From NCBI GenBank assembly GCA_025451535.1, contig JANWKE010000082.1, positions 14,884 to 78,883 on the forward strand: DNA of 64,000 bases, written 5' to 3'. How positions within the stretch are numbered: position 1 is the first letter of the stretch; each line of letters starts with the position of its first letter. The stretch is from Verrucomicrobiia bacterium (GTDB taxonomy: Bacteria > Verrucomicrobiota > Verrucomicrobiia > Limisphaerales > UBA11358). Of this stretch, positions 8,060-15,976 are shown piece after piece. Position numbers and translations under genes: made by a program. A model generated the notes under the pieces. That model was not told the DNA's origin, searched no databases, and saw nothing but the letters and a program-made list of their open reading frames with translations.

Positions 8060-8455
8060 TCAGCCGCCCCCTTTGCCTTTCTGAATTAATTCAATTTCGT
8101 AGCCTTCCGGCGCGTCAACGAACGCGAAGGTTGTGCCGCTCGAACTCGTCGTTGGACCATCGGAATATTTCAGGCCGTGTTTGGCGAGGTGTTTGGCAAA
8201 TTCATCGAGGCTGTCCACTTCAAACGCCAGATGCGTCAAATCCGGTTGTACCTGTACCGAGGCGCTGCCCGGAAAATGGCAGATTTCAATTTCCTCATCG
8301 CTCTTGGGCGCCTTGAGAAAAACCAGCTCCGAGCCGCGTGGCGATTTGTGTCGCTTGATTTCATTCAAACCGAGGATTTCGCGGTAAAATTTCACCGTCC
8401 GTTCCAAATTATTCACGCGATAGCGCGTGTGCAGCAGTTTTGTGACCTTGCTCAT
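8060..8455 (-). CDS. VOC-family protein / glyoxalase I-like (lactoylglutathione lyase-like)
   Basis: LLHTRYRVNNLERTVKFYREILGL...THLAFEVDSLDEF...GYEIELIQ. Confidence 0.8.
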   Translation of the reverse strand: MSKVTKLLHTRYRVNNLERTVKFYREILGLNEIKRHKSPRGSELVFLKAPKSDEEIEICHFPGSASVQVQPDLTHLAFEVDSLDEFAKHLAKHGLKYSDGPTTSSSGTTFAFVDAPEGYEIELIQKGKGGG

Positions 8456-8524
8456 GCGCAAAATCTAATAAGTTCAATGGCCAAAGTCCAATATCCAAAG
8501 TCGTGGATAATATCTCAATTTAAA

Positions 8525-8636
8525 GGAGCGCGGTTTGTCCCAAACCGCAGCGCGCCCGGATCCAAAGCCACCTGTCCGCGCTTACCGATGCTTCTTTGCG
8601 CAAGTCCTGCTGCGAGTTGAGGACAACTCGCGCTCC
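8525..8636. repeat. About 112-bp palindromic MITE/REP-like element in the divergent spacer
   Basis: Termini GGAGCGCGGTTTG (8525-8537) / CAACTCGCGCTCC (8624-8636), 11/13 complementary. Inner hairpins GCGGTTT-gtccc-AAACCGC and GCGAGTTG-agga-CAACTCGC. Central palindrome TTGCGCAA. Confidence 0.4.
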
Positions 8637-8678
8637 GGGTTGTAAATTAGGACCCCACCAAGCAGCTCCGCTTTGTTT

Positions 8679-8720
8679 GACTTTGAGCTTTAGACTTTAG
8701 GCTTCAGACCTTAGAATTTG
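8679..8720. repeat. Six tandem degenerate heptamers (GRCYTTR) immediately upstream of the nusB start
   Basis: gactttg agcttta gacttta ggcttca gacctta gaatttg, ending 4 nt before ATG 8725. Confidence 0.6.
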
Positions 8721-8724
8721 ATTT

Positions 8725-9225
8725 ATGGGCAAACGCCGTGAGGCGCGCGAACGCGCCGTCCAGTTTCTGTTTCAGCACGACCTGAATCCGCCGGAGGATT
8801 TGGACCGGGCGCTGGAGGAATTCTGGCAGACGCAGCGCGCCGCGGCCATTGCCGAGGAAAAAGGTCCGGCGACCTGGGGCCAGCCCCACGAATTGGCGCC
8901 GCCAACCGCCGAGGAAGCCGAAACGCGCCTGTTCGCCGACCCGCTCATCCGCGGCGTTCTCGAACACCGTGATGCGATCGACGAGCGCATCAAGACTCAC
9001 GCGAAGAACTGGGAATTTCACCGCATCGCCACGGTCGATCGCAACATTATGCGGCTGGCCATCTATGAAATGCTTTTTCGTGAGGACATTCCACCCATCG
9101 TCAGCATCAACGAGGCGGTGGATGTCGCGAAGAAATTTTCCACCCAGGACAGCGGCAAGTTCGTCAATGGCATTCTGGACAAGATCAAGGGTGAAGTCAT
9201 GCGGCCGGCGAGAGTCGTAAAATGA
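8725..9225 (+). CDS. nusB: Transcription antitermination factor NusB
   Basis: RREARERAVQFLFQ...NIMRLAIYEML...PPIVSINEAVDVAKKF...FVNGILDKI. Confidence 0.9.
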   Translation: MGKRREARERAVQFLFQHDLNPPEDLDRALEEFWQTQRAAAIAEEKGPATWGQPHELAPPTAEEAETRLFADPLIRGVLEHRDAIDERIKTHAKNWEFHRIATVDRNIMRLAIYEMLFREDIPPIVSINEAVDVAKKFSTQDSGKFVNGILDKIKGEVMRPARVVK

Positions 9226-10070
9226 AATTCGCGGACTTACATCTTCACACGTATTTCTCCGACGGGACGTTCTCACCGGAGGAGCTCGTTGGTCACGGTC
9301 ACCGGCTCGGCTTCGCGGCGCTGGCGCTTACGGACCATGATTCGGTGGAGGGTTGTCCGCGCATGGTTGCGGCGTGCGCGGCAGCAGGCATTGATTTTAT
9401 TCCCGGCACTGAACTTACCGCCGAACACAACAATACCGAAATTCATCTGCTCGGTTATTCCTTGGATACGGAGAACCAAATACTCCTGTCGGAAATCGCC
9501 AAATTTCAGGCTGTCCGGCAGAATCGCATCCACGAAATGGTCGCGCGGCTCAACGGCTTAAAGGTGCCGCTGCAGGTGGAATCCGTTTTCGCACTGGCCA
9601 ATTGCAAATCGCCGGGCCGGCCGCATGTAGCGCGCGCACTGGTGAAGGCCGGGCTGGTCGGGAGTCTGGATGAAGCTTTCGAACGATTTCTGAAGAAGAA
9701 CCGGCCGGCGTGGGTGCCCAAGGCCAAAATGTCCGCGCTCGAAGCCATCGAACTCATCCATCAGGCCGGGGGACTCGCCGTCATGGCACATCCAGGGCTT
9801 AACCGCACCGACGACGTGATTCCGGTGCTGGTCGAAGCCGGCCTGGATGGCATCGAATGTTTTCATACGAAGCACTCGACCGTTACCTCCGAGCGTTATC
9901 TGGAAATCGCCGACAAATATCATCTGCTCATCACCGGCGGCTCCGATTGTCACGGTTTCAGCAAGGGCAAACCGCTCATCGGCACCGTCAAGCTGCCCTA
10001 CGAACACGTGGAGAAACTGAAAGCAAAAGCTGAAGAACGAAAATTCTCAACCACGGATGAACACAGATAA
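9222..10070 (+). CDS. PHP-domain metal-dependent phosphoesterase (TrpH/YciV-like)
   Basis: ADLHLHTYFSDG, LALTDHDSVEG, IPGTELT, AHPG, GIECFH and GGSDCHG. ATGA overlap with the nusB stop. Confidence 0.8.
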   Translation: MKFADLHLHTYFSDGTFSPEELVGHGHRLGFAALALTDHDSVEGCPRMVAACAAAGIDFIPGTELTAEHNNTEIHLLGYSLDTENQILLSEIAKFQAVRQNRIHEMVARLNGLKVPLQVESVFALANCKSPGRPHVARALVKAGLVGSLDEAFERFLKKNRPAWVPKAKMSALEAIELIHQAGGLAVMAHPGLNRTDDVIPVLVEAGLDGIECFHTKHSTVTSERYLEIADKYHLLITGGSDCHGFSKGKPLIGTVKLPYEHVEKLKAKAEERKFSTTDEHR

Positions 10071-10216
10071 ACACGGATTTTCTAAAAATGGATTGTTGGA
10101 TTCTTCGATGATCAGGTTAATGAAATTTTCCAACCAGGCCGTCTCTCGCCAATCCATCAATCCAGGAATCCATCCATTCCCTCTTCATCCGTGTCCATCC
10201 GTGTCCATCCGTGGTT
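10049..10216. repeat. Imperfect about 30-bp inverted repeat flanking about 100 nt, with tandem decamers in the right arm
   Basis: Left arm aaccacggatgaacacagataaacacggat spans the PHP-gene stop. Right arm cttcatccgtg tccatccgtg tccatccgtg gtt ends 9 nt before the ftsY ATG. The terminal 11 nt are perfectly complementary. Confidence 0.55.
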
Positions 10217-10224
10217 AAACTCAA

Positions 10225-11136
10225 ATGGGACTTTTTCAGAAATTCAAGGCCGGCCTGCAAAAAACGCAAAGCCAGCTGGCGCACGAAATCAAACGCATCG
10301 TCACGCGCTCGCCGAAGCTTGACGCAGCCACGCTGGAAGAACTGGAAGCCGCGCTTATCGCCGCCGACCTGGGTCTGGCCATGACCGGGCAAATCGTTGC
10401 CGCCGTCAAACACGCCTACGAATCCCAGGGCAACACAGGTCTGGACGTGTTTGCCATCGCCCGCGCCGAAGTGGAAAAAAGTTTAAGCGCGAATGAAATC
10501 GACCTGGTTAAAGCCACTCACGGGCCGACTGTGATTTCCATCGTCGGCGTCAATGGTACCGGCAAGACCACTACGTCCGCCAAACTCGCACATTTGATTC
10601 AATCACAGAGGAAAACCGCGTTGCTGGCCGCGTGCGACACCTTCCGCGCCGCCGCCATTGAACAAATCAAATTGTGGGGCCAAAAACTGAAGGTGGAAGT
10701 CATCGCTGGTGCTTACGGCGCGGACGCGGCGTCCGTCGCACACGACGCTGTCACCGCCGCGCAATCGCGCAAGGCAGATTACCTGTTCATTGACACCGCC
10801 GGCCGGCTGCACACGAAGCACAATTTGATGCAGGAATTGCAGAAGCTGCACCGCGTCATCGGCAAGCAATTGGCCGGCGCACCACACGAAGTCCTGCTGG
10901 TGCTCGACGCGACCACCGGCATGAACGCGCTGAACCAGGCGCGCGAATTCAACAAGGCCGTGCCGTTGACCGGCCTCGTTGTGACCAAGCTCGATGGGAC
11001 GAGCAAAGGCGGCATGGTGGTGGCCATCCAGAAGGAACTTGGCCTGCCCGTCAAATTCATCGGTCTCGGCGAGCAGCCGGACGATTTGCAGCCGTTCGAT
11101 GCGAAGCAATTCGCCCAGGCGTTGTTTGAAGAATAA
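10225..11136 (+). CDS. ftsY: Signal recognition particle receptor FtsY (NG domain only)
   Basis: GVNGTGKTTTSAKLA, DTAGRLH, VTKLDGTSKGG, FIGLGEQPDDL. Confidence 0.9.
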   Translation: MGLFQKFKAGLQKTQSQLAHEIKRIVTRSPKLDAATLEELEAALIAADLGLAMTGQIVAAVKHAYESQGNTGLDVFAIARAEVEKSLSANEIDLVKATHGPTVISIVGVNGTGKTTTSAKLAHLIQSQRKTALLAACDTFRAAAIEQIKLWGQKLKVEVIAGAYGADAASVAHDAVTAAQSRKADYLFIDTAGRLHTKHNLMQELQKLHRVIGKQLAGAPHEVLLVLDATTGMNALNQAREFNKAVPLTGLVVTKLDGTSKGGMVVAIQKELGLPVKFIGLGEQPDDLQPFDAKQFAQALFEE

Positions 11137-11200
11137 CGGCGTAGCGGCGTCTTGGTAGAGCGCCACCACGATAAGCACTGTGTGATTTCCTCGACGAATA

Positions 11201-12865
11201 GTGGCCAAACCTGCAGACTGCCTGGCCATGAACACGAACCCCATTTCAACGCTCGCCGCCCTCGTTGTCACGGCTTTTATGCTGCCCGGCGGTTCGGTTC
11301 ATGCCGACGGCACGAACGCGGTCTTCCATGTCGTCAGCACCGCTGAAGAACCGATGGCGCCCGGCAAATTTGCGCCGACCTGGGATTCGCTGAAGCAGTA
11401 CCAGTGTCCGGAATGGTTCCGCAAGGCGAAGTTCGGCATCTGGGCGCACTGGGGGCCGCAATGCGAACCCGAGGATGGCGACTGGTACGCGCGGTTGATG
11501 TATTTTACCAACACCGCGCAATATAGATTCCACCTTGAACACTACGGTTCGCCGAAGGATTTCGGGTTCAAGGATGTGATCCACGAATGGAAGGCCCGGA
11601 ACTGGGACCCGGACAAATTGCTGGCGCTCTACCAGCGCGCCGGGGCGCAATACTTCATGGCCTTGGCCGACCACCACGACAACTTCGATAACTGGGATTC
11701 AAAGTATCAGCCGTGGAATTCCGTGAACGTCGGACCGCACAAGGACATCATCGGCGGTTGGGCCAAGGCGGCGCGCAAATACGGCCTGCATTTCGGCGTG
11801 AGTGTCCACGCCTCGCATGCCTGGACGTGGTACGAGCCGGCCCAGGATTTCGACGGCAAACTCACCAAAGCCGACGGCAAGGGGAAATGGTGGGACGGCC
11901 TGGACCCACAGGATTTGTATGCGCAAAACCACACGCCCAGCCCGGGTTATCAAAAATTCGAATCGCTGTTCAACCGTTGGGATTGGAACAACGGCGCGAG
12001 CATCCCGGACGAGGCTTATTGCAACAGATATTACAACCGCACGATGGACCTCATCGAGAAATACCATCCCGACCTGATCTATTTCGACGACACGGCGCTG
12101 CCGTTGTGGCCGATCAGTGACGCGGGCCTGAAGCTGGCTGCGAATTTCTACAACCTCAACAACCAGTGGCACGGAACCAATGACGACGGTGTATTGTTCG
12201 GAAAGGTCCTGACACCGGACCAGCGCCAGTGCATGGTCTGGGACATCGAACGCGGGGCGGCCAACGAAATCGAGCCGTTGCATTGGCAGACGGACACCTG
12301 CCTGGGCAACTGGCATTACGACCGGAAAATCTACGAGCGCCACGGGTACAAGACCACCAAAACGGTCATTCAGACCCTGGCGGATGTCGTCAGCAAGAAC
12401 GGCAATCTGCTGCTCAGCGTCCCCGTGCGCGGTGACGGGACGATTGACGATGAGGAAGTGCAAATCGTTCAAGGCATCGCCGACTGGATGGACGTAAACC
12501 GGGAATGTATTTTTGACACGCGCCCGTGGAAGGTATTTGGAGAAGGGCCAGCCTCGGCGGGTGCGAAGTTGAGAGAACAGGGTTTCAATGAAGGCAAAGG
12601 CAAACCGTTCACGGCGGAGGATTTCCGGTTCACGGTCAAAAGCAACACGCTTTACGCAATTGAACTGGGCTGGCCGACCAATGGCGCGAGCATTAAATCG
12701 CTCGGTAAATCGGCCAACCTGCTCGATGGGAAAATCCGTAGGCTCGAATTGCTCGGCAGCAGGGAAAAAATCAAATGGCAGCAGACTGATGACGCGCTGG
12801 TCATTGCCCAACCGAAGAACCAGCCTAATGGTTTCGCTGTCGTTTATGAAATCACGGTCAGGTGA
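11201..12865 (+). CDS. Secreted alpha-L-fucosidase (GH29)
   Basis: N-terminal signal-like segment, then WFRKAKFGIWAHWGPQ, AGAQYFMALADHHDNFDNWDS and PDLIYFDD. The start may be the internal MNTNP. Confidence 0.85.
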   Translation: MAKPADCLAMNTNPISTLAALVVTAFMLPGGSVHADGTNAVFHVVSTAEEPMAPGKFAPTWDSLKQYQCPEWFRKAKFGIWAHWGPQCEPEDGDWYARLMYFTNTAQYRFHLEHYGSPKDFGFKDVIHEWKARNWDPDKLLALYQRAGAQYFMALADHHDNFDNWDSKYQPWNSVNVGPHKDIIGGWAKAARKYGLHFGVSVHASHAWTWYEPAQDFDGKLTKADGKGKWWDGLDPQDLYAQNHTPSPGYQKFESLFNRWDWNNGASIPDEAYCNRYYNRTMDLIEKYHPDLIYFDDTALPLWPISDAGLKLAANFYNLNNQWHGTNDDGVLFGKVLTPDQRQCMVWDIERGAANEIEPLHWQTDTCLGNWHYDRKIYERHGYKTTKTVIQTLADVVSKNGNLLLSVPVRGDGTIDDEEVQIVQGIADWMDVNRECIFDTRPWKVFGEGPASAGAKLREQGFNEGKGKPFTAEDFRFTVKSNTLYAIELGWPTNGASIKSLGKSANLLDGKIRRLELLGSREKIKWQQTDDALVIAQPKNQPNGFAVVYEITVR

Positions 12866-12953
12866 ATTTGTCAGGCGCGTAACGGCGTCCCGGTAGCGCG
12901 CTGCATTTCTCCAGTTTTTTTCAGATGGCGACTTTCTGCCGAATGCGGCTACG

Positions 12954-14198
12954 ATGCGCTCGATGCCTGACGCCCGATTCATGCGCCTTGCCCTCCGGCT
13001 CGCCCGACGTGGTTACGGCATGACTTCGCCCAATCCGATGGTTGGCGCAGTTCTGGTGAAAGACGGGAAAATCATCGGGCGCGGCTGGCACCACCGCGCG
13101 GGCCTGCCGCACGCGGAAATCGAGGCAATCCACGACGCGCAAAAACGCGGGCACAATCCCAAAGGGGCGACGCTTTATGTAACGCTCGAACCGTGCAGTA
13201 CGCACGGCCGCACGCCGCCCTGCACGGACGCCATCATCGCTACCGGCCTCAAACGCGTGGTCGTTGGCGCAATGGATCCGAATCCGAAACATTCCGGCCG
13301 GGCTTTCAAAATCCTGCGGCGCGCCGGGATTGGAGTGAGTCGGTGGGGCGAGGCTACTGACGAGGCGCGGCCCGGCTCGCGAGGACGCTCGCCCCAACAG
13401 AACATCGTTGCCGAGTGCGCGAAATTGAACGAAGCCTTTAATCACTGGATCGTCCATCGCACACCGTTCGTGACGGTGAAGGCGGCCATGACGCTGGACG
13501 GCAAAATTGCGACGGCCAGCGGCGAATCCAAATGGATTACCGGAAAAAATGCGCGCGCTCACGGAATAAACTTGCGGCAGGGCAGTGACGCGATTCTGGT
13601 GGGTGTGAATACGGTGCTCGCTGACGACCCGTCACTCACCGCACGAAGTGTGGAAAGCTTTCAACCATCAACATTCAACGCTGAACATCGAGGACTGCGT
13701 CGGATCGTTCTGGATTCTCTGGCCCGGACACCGTCGAAAGCAAAGGCGGTCAGCGACAAGTTCGCCACGCTGACAACGATTGTCGTCGGCAAACACGCGC
13801 CGAAAAACCGCGTCGCCGCACTGGCCAAACACGTGAATGTGATTATTGCGCCGGCAAACAAGGTGGGGCGAGCGTCCTCGCGAGCCGGTTCAGCGGCTGC
13901 CTCGCGCTGCCAGCAAATTGATCTCCGTTGGCTTTTGAAAAGACTGGGTTCCGAAAATATCACCAGCCTGCTGGTGGAAGGCGGCGGTGAGGTCAATGCT
14001 TCATTCCTGCTCGGCGGCCTGGCGCAGCGCGTGGTCTTTTTCTATGCCCCGAAAATTCTCGGCGGACGCGATTCGCTCAAGGCCGTGGCGGGCGAGGGTG
14101 CGAAAAGCCTGACGGAGGCGCTGGAATTGCGCGCGGCCGAATGGAAACAGCTCGGCCCGGATTTGTTGATGACGGCGAAGGTTGCGAATTCACCGTAG
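12954..14198 (+). CDS. ribD: Bifunctional riboflavin biosynthesis protein RibD (deaminase/reductase), with two in-frame repeat insertions
   Basis: SPNPMVGAVLV, HAEIEAI, TLEPCSTHGRTPPCTDAI, FVTVKAAMTLDGKIA, LLVEGGG. Confidence 0.9.
   Translation: MRSMPDARFMRLALRLARRGYGMTSPNPMVGAVLVKDGKIIGRGWHHRAGLPHAEIEAIHDAQKRGHNPKGATLYVTLEPCSTHGRTPPCTDAIIATGLKRVVVGAMDPNPKHSGRAFKILRRAGIGVSRWGEATDEARPGSRGRSPQQNIVAECAKLNEAFNHWIVHRTPFVTVKAAMTLDGKIATASGESKWITGKNARAHGINLRQGSDAILVGVNTVLADDPSLTARSVESFQPSTFNAEHRGLRRIVLDSLARTPSKAKAVSDKFATLTTIVVGKHAPKNRVAALAKHVNVIIAPANKVGRASSRAGSAAASRCQQIDLRWLLKRLGSENITSLLVEGGGEVNASFLLGGLAQRVVFFYAPKILGGRDSLKAVAGEGAKSLTEALELRAAEWKQLGPDLLMTAKVANSP
13371..13395. repeat. 25-nt GC-rich element inside ribD (copy 1)
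   Basis: cccggctcgcgaggacgctcgcccc. Its reverse complement matches 13865-13888 at 24/24 nt. It translates as PGSRGRSP. Confidence 0.8.
13865..13888. repeat. 24-nt GC-rich element inside ribD (copy 2, inverted)
   Basis: ggggcgagcgtcctcgcgagccgg. It translates as GRASSRAG. Confidence 0.8.
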
Positions 14199-14295
14199 CG
14201 CGGGCATCCTGCCTGCGAGTTCGCGAAGCTTCCAGTTTCGTGAACAAAACGCGGCAAGATGCCGCGTCAACCCGCACGCTGGAAGCGTGCGCTAC
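14195..14295. repeat. About 100-bp structured element filling the ribD-ribE spacer (GTAGCGSC-terminus family)
   Basis: Termini GTAGCGC (14195-14201, containing the ribD TAG stop) / GCGCTAC (14289-14295). Inner inverted pair CGCGGGCATCCTGCC / GGCAAGATGCCGCG. Hairpin GCACGC-tggaa-GCGTGC. Confidence 0.55.
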
Positions 14296-14298
14296 TTT

Positions 14299-14907
14299 AT
14301 GTTCACAGGCATTGTTGAAGAAGCGGGAACCGTCGAGCGCATCCACCCGACGGCGAAATCCGTCGAATTGACCGTGCGTGCCGCCGTGACGGGACGCGGG
14401 TTGAAGCCGGGCGGCAGCCTGGCGGTGAATGGTTGCTGTTTAACGGCGGTGAAAACCTCCACCCGCGGCAAATCCAAACTCGTTCAATTCGATTTGCTCC
14501 AGGAAACGTGGCGGCTCACGAACCTGCAATTTGCCAAACCGGGTTCGCTCGTGAACCTGGAGCGGCCGTTGCAGGCAGATGGCGAGTTGGGCGGGCATTT
14601 CGTGACCGGCCACATTGATGGCCTCGGCAAAATCATTCGCTGGGAACGCGCCGGTCAGGACCACGTGCTCGACGTTGCCGCGCCACCGGCGGTGATGCGT
14701 TACGTCGTTCACAAGGGTTCGATTGCGGTGGACGGCATCAGCCTCACGGTGGCGGCCGTTCAGAAAAAAAGTTTCCGCATCTGGATCATTCCGCACACCT
14801 ACCAAATCACGGCGCTGCGCGAGCGGAAAACCGGCGACGCCGTGAATCTGGAAGCGGACTTGCTCGGCAAATACGCAGAAAAATTTATTGCGGCCCGCCG
14901 CCGATAG
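14299..14907 (+). CDS. ribE: Riboflavin synthase (alpha subunit)
   Basis: MFTGIVEE.G.V, SLAVNGCCLT, and a second repeat GSIAVDGISLTV. The internal ATG was chosen; the longer ORF covers the repeat element. Confidence 0.9.
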   Translation: MFTGIVEEAGTVERIHPTAKSVELTVRAAVTGRGLKPGGSLAVNGCCLTAVKTSTRGKSKLVQFDLLQETWRLTNLQFAKPGSLVNLERPLQADGELGGHFVTGHIDGLGKIIRWERAGQDHVLDVAAPPAVMRYVVHKGSIAVDGISLTVAAVQKKSFRIWIIPHTYQITALRERKTGDAVNLEADLLGKYAEKFIAARRR

Positions 14908-14989
14908 CGACCTGGTTACGAACAGAAACTTTTGGTCAGCCAACGTTTTCTCAGTTGACCGGCGCCGCTATTGTGTTTGAAATCCGCGC

Positions 14990-15763
14990 GTGAAGGGATT
15001 GCGCCGCCATCCGCTCCGCGTCATCGCGCGGCTGGCCCGGCTGGCCGGCGCAATTCTGATTTCCCTGCTGGATTATTTGTTCCACTGCGCCTGGCACCGG
15101 CCGGAGACCCGACGGGCCGCTCGCGCCGTGTGGTTGCATCGCGCCTCGGAACGCACCTTGCGTTTTTTTCAGATCAGAGCGCAGGCAACCGGTCCGATTC
15201 CTGCGCACGGGTTGCTCATCAGCAATCATTTGAGCTATCTCGACATTCTGGTGCTCTCGTCCCTCACGCCGGCCGTGTTCGTTTCCAAGCACGACGTCAA
15301 ATATTGGCCCGTCTTCGGCCAGTTCGCCGTCCTGGGCGGGACCGTCTTCGTTGATCGCGCGCGGCGATTTCAAGTCGGCCAGGTAAACGACGAAATCACC
15401 ACCGCCTTGCAGCAAGGCGCGCTGGTGGTTTTGTTTCCGGAAGGAACCAGTACGAACGGACAGATGGTCCTGCCGTTCAAATCATCCCTGCTGGAACCGG
15501 CCACCAACCCGGCGTGGCCGCTGGCCGTCAGCTGGATTCACTACGAAATTGACGACGGTGACGCCGGCGAGGAGGTTTGTTACTGGGGCGACCATACCTT
15601 TTTCCCGCACATGCTGAATTTGTTAAGCAAACGTGATATTCGGGCAACCGTCCATTTTGGACAATATCCCGAACGCAGCCGTGACCGCAAGGAACTCGCG
15701 CAACAACTGCGAGCGGAAATTCTGGGATCAAAAGAAAAAACTGGTGCGCATAGCAGGACTTGA
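14990..15763 (+). CDS. 1-acyl-sn-glycerol-3-phosphate acyltransferase-like (PlsC family)
   Basis: ISNHLSYLDILVL (HX4D block) and LFPEGTSTNG. GTG start. The last 22 nt overlap tRNA-Leu on the opposite strand. Confidence 0.8.
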   Translation: MKGLRRHPLRVIARLARLAGAILISLLDYLFHCAWHRPETRRAARAVWLHRASERTLRFFQIRAQATGPIPAHGLLISNHLSYLDILVLSSLTPAVFVSKHDVKYWPVFGQFAVLGGTVFVDRARRFQVGQVNDEITTALQQGALVVLFPEGTSTNGQMVLPFKSSLLEPATNPAWPLAVSWIHYEIDDGDAGEEVCYWGDHTFFPHMLNLLSKRDIRATVHFGQYPERSRDRKELAQQLRAEILGSKEKTGAHSRT

Positions 15764-15826
15764 ACCTGCACGGGTTGCCCCACTACCACCTCAAAGTAGC
15801 GTGTCTGCCAATTCCACCATATGCGC
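15742..15826 (-). tRNA. tRNA-Leu, anticodon GAG (class II, long variable arm, CCA encoded)
   Basis: Reverse complement GCGCATATGGTGGAATTGGCAGACACGCTACTTTGAGGTGGTAGTGGGGCAACCCGTGCAGGTTCAAGTCCTGCTATGCGCACCA. The 7-bp acceptor stem pairs. Anticodon loop TTGAGGT. T-arm GCAGG-TTCAAGT-CCTGC. Confidence 0.9.
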
Positions 15827-15976
15827 CAGACAAGACAACAGCCGCAGGATTTTCGCGGCCTGACCACTACACACTGTCAATGGCACAGGGGCAAAGTCAA
15901 GCCTTTCCCTCCCCACCGGCACCGAATGACACCGAATCCAATGCAACGAAATCTCAAGCCCCGGTGACCGTTAACT

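Noticed and set aside
11699-12982. 427-aa minus-strand ORF
   Set aside because: It is antisense to the GH29 fucosidase. No motifs were found. This is a GC-rich antisense artefact.
12866-14298. FMN (RFN) riboswitch upstream of ribD or ribE
   Set aside because: Neither spacer contains the conserved RFN core (for example GGGCAGGGTGAAATTCC...AGTCTGGATGGGAGA). The structured ribD-ribE spacer is better explained as a repeat element.
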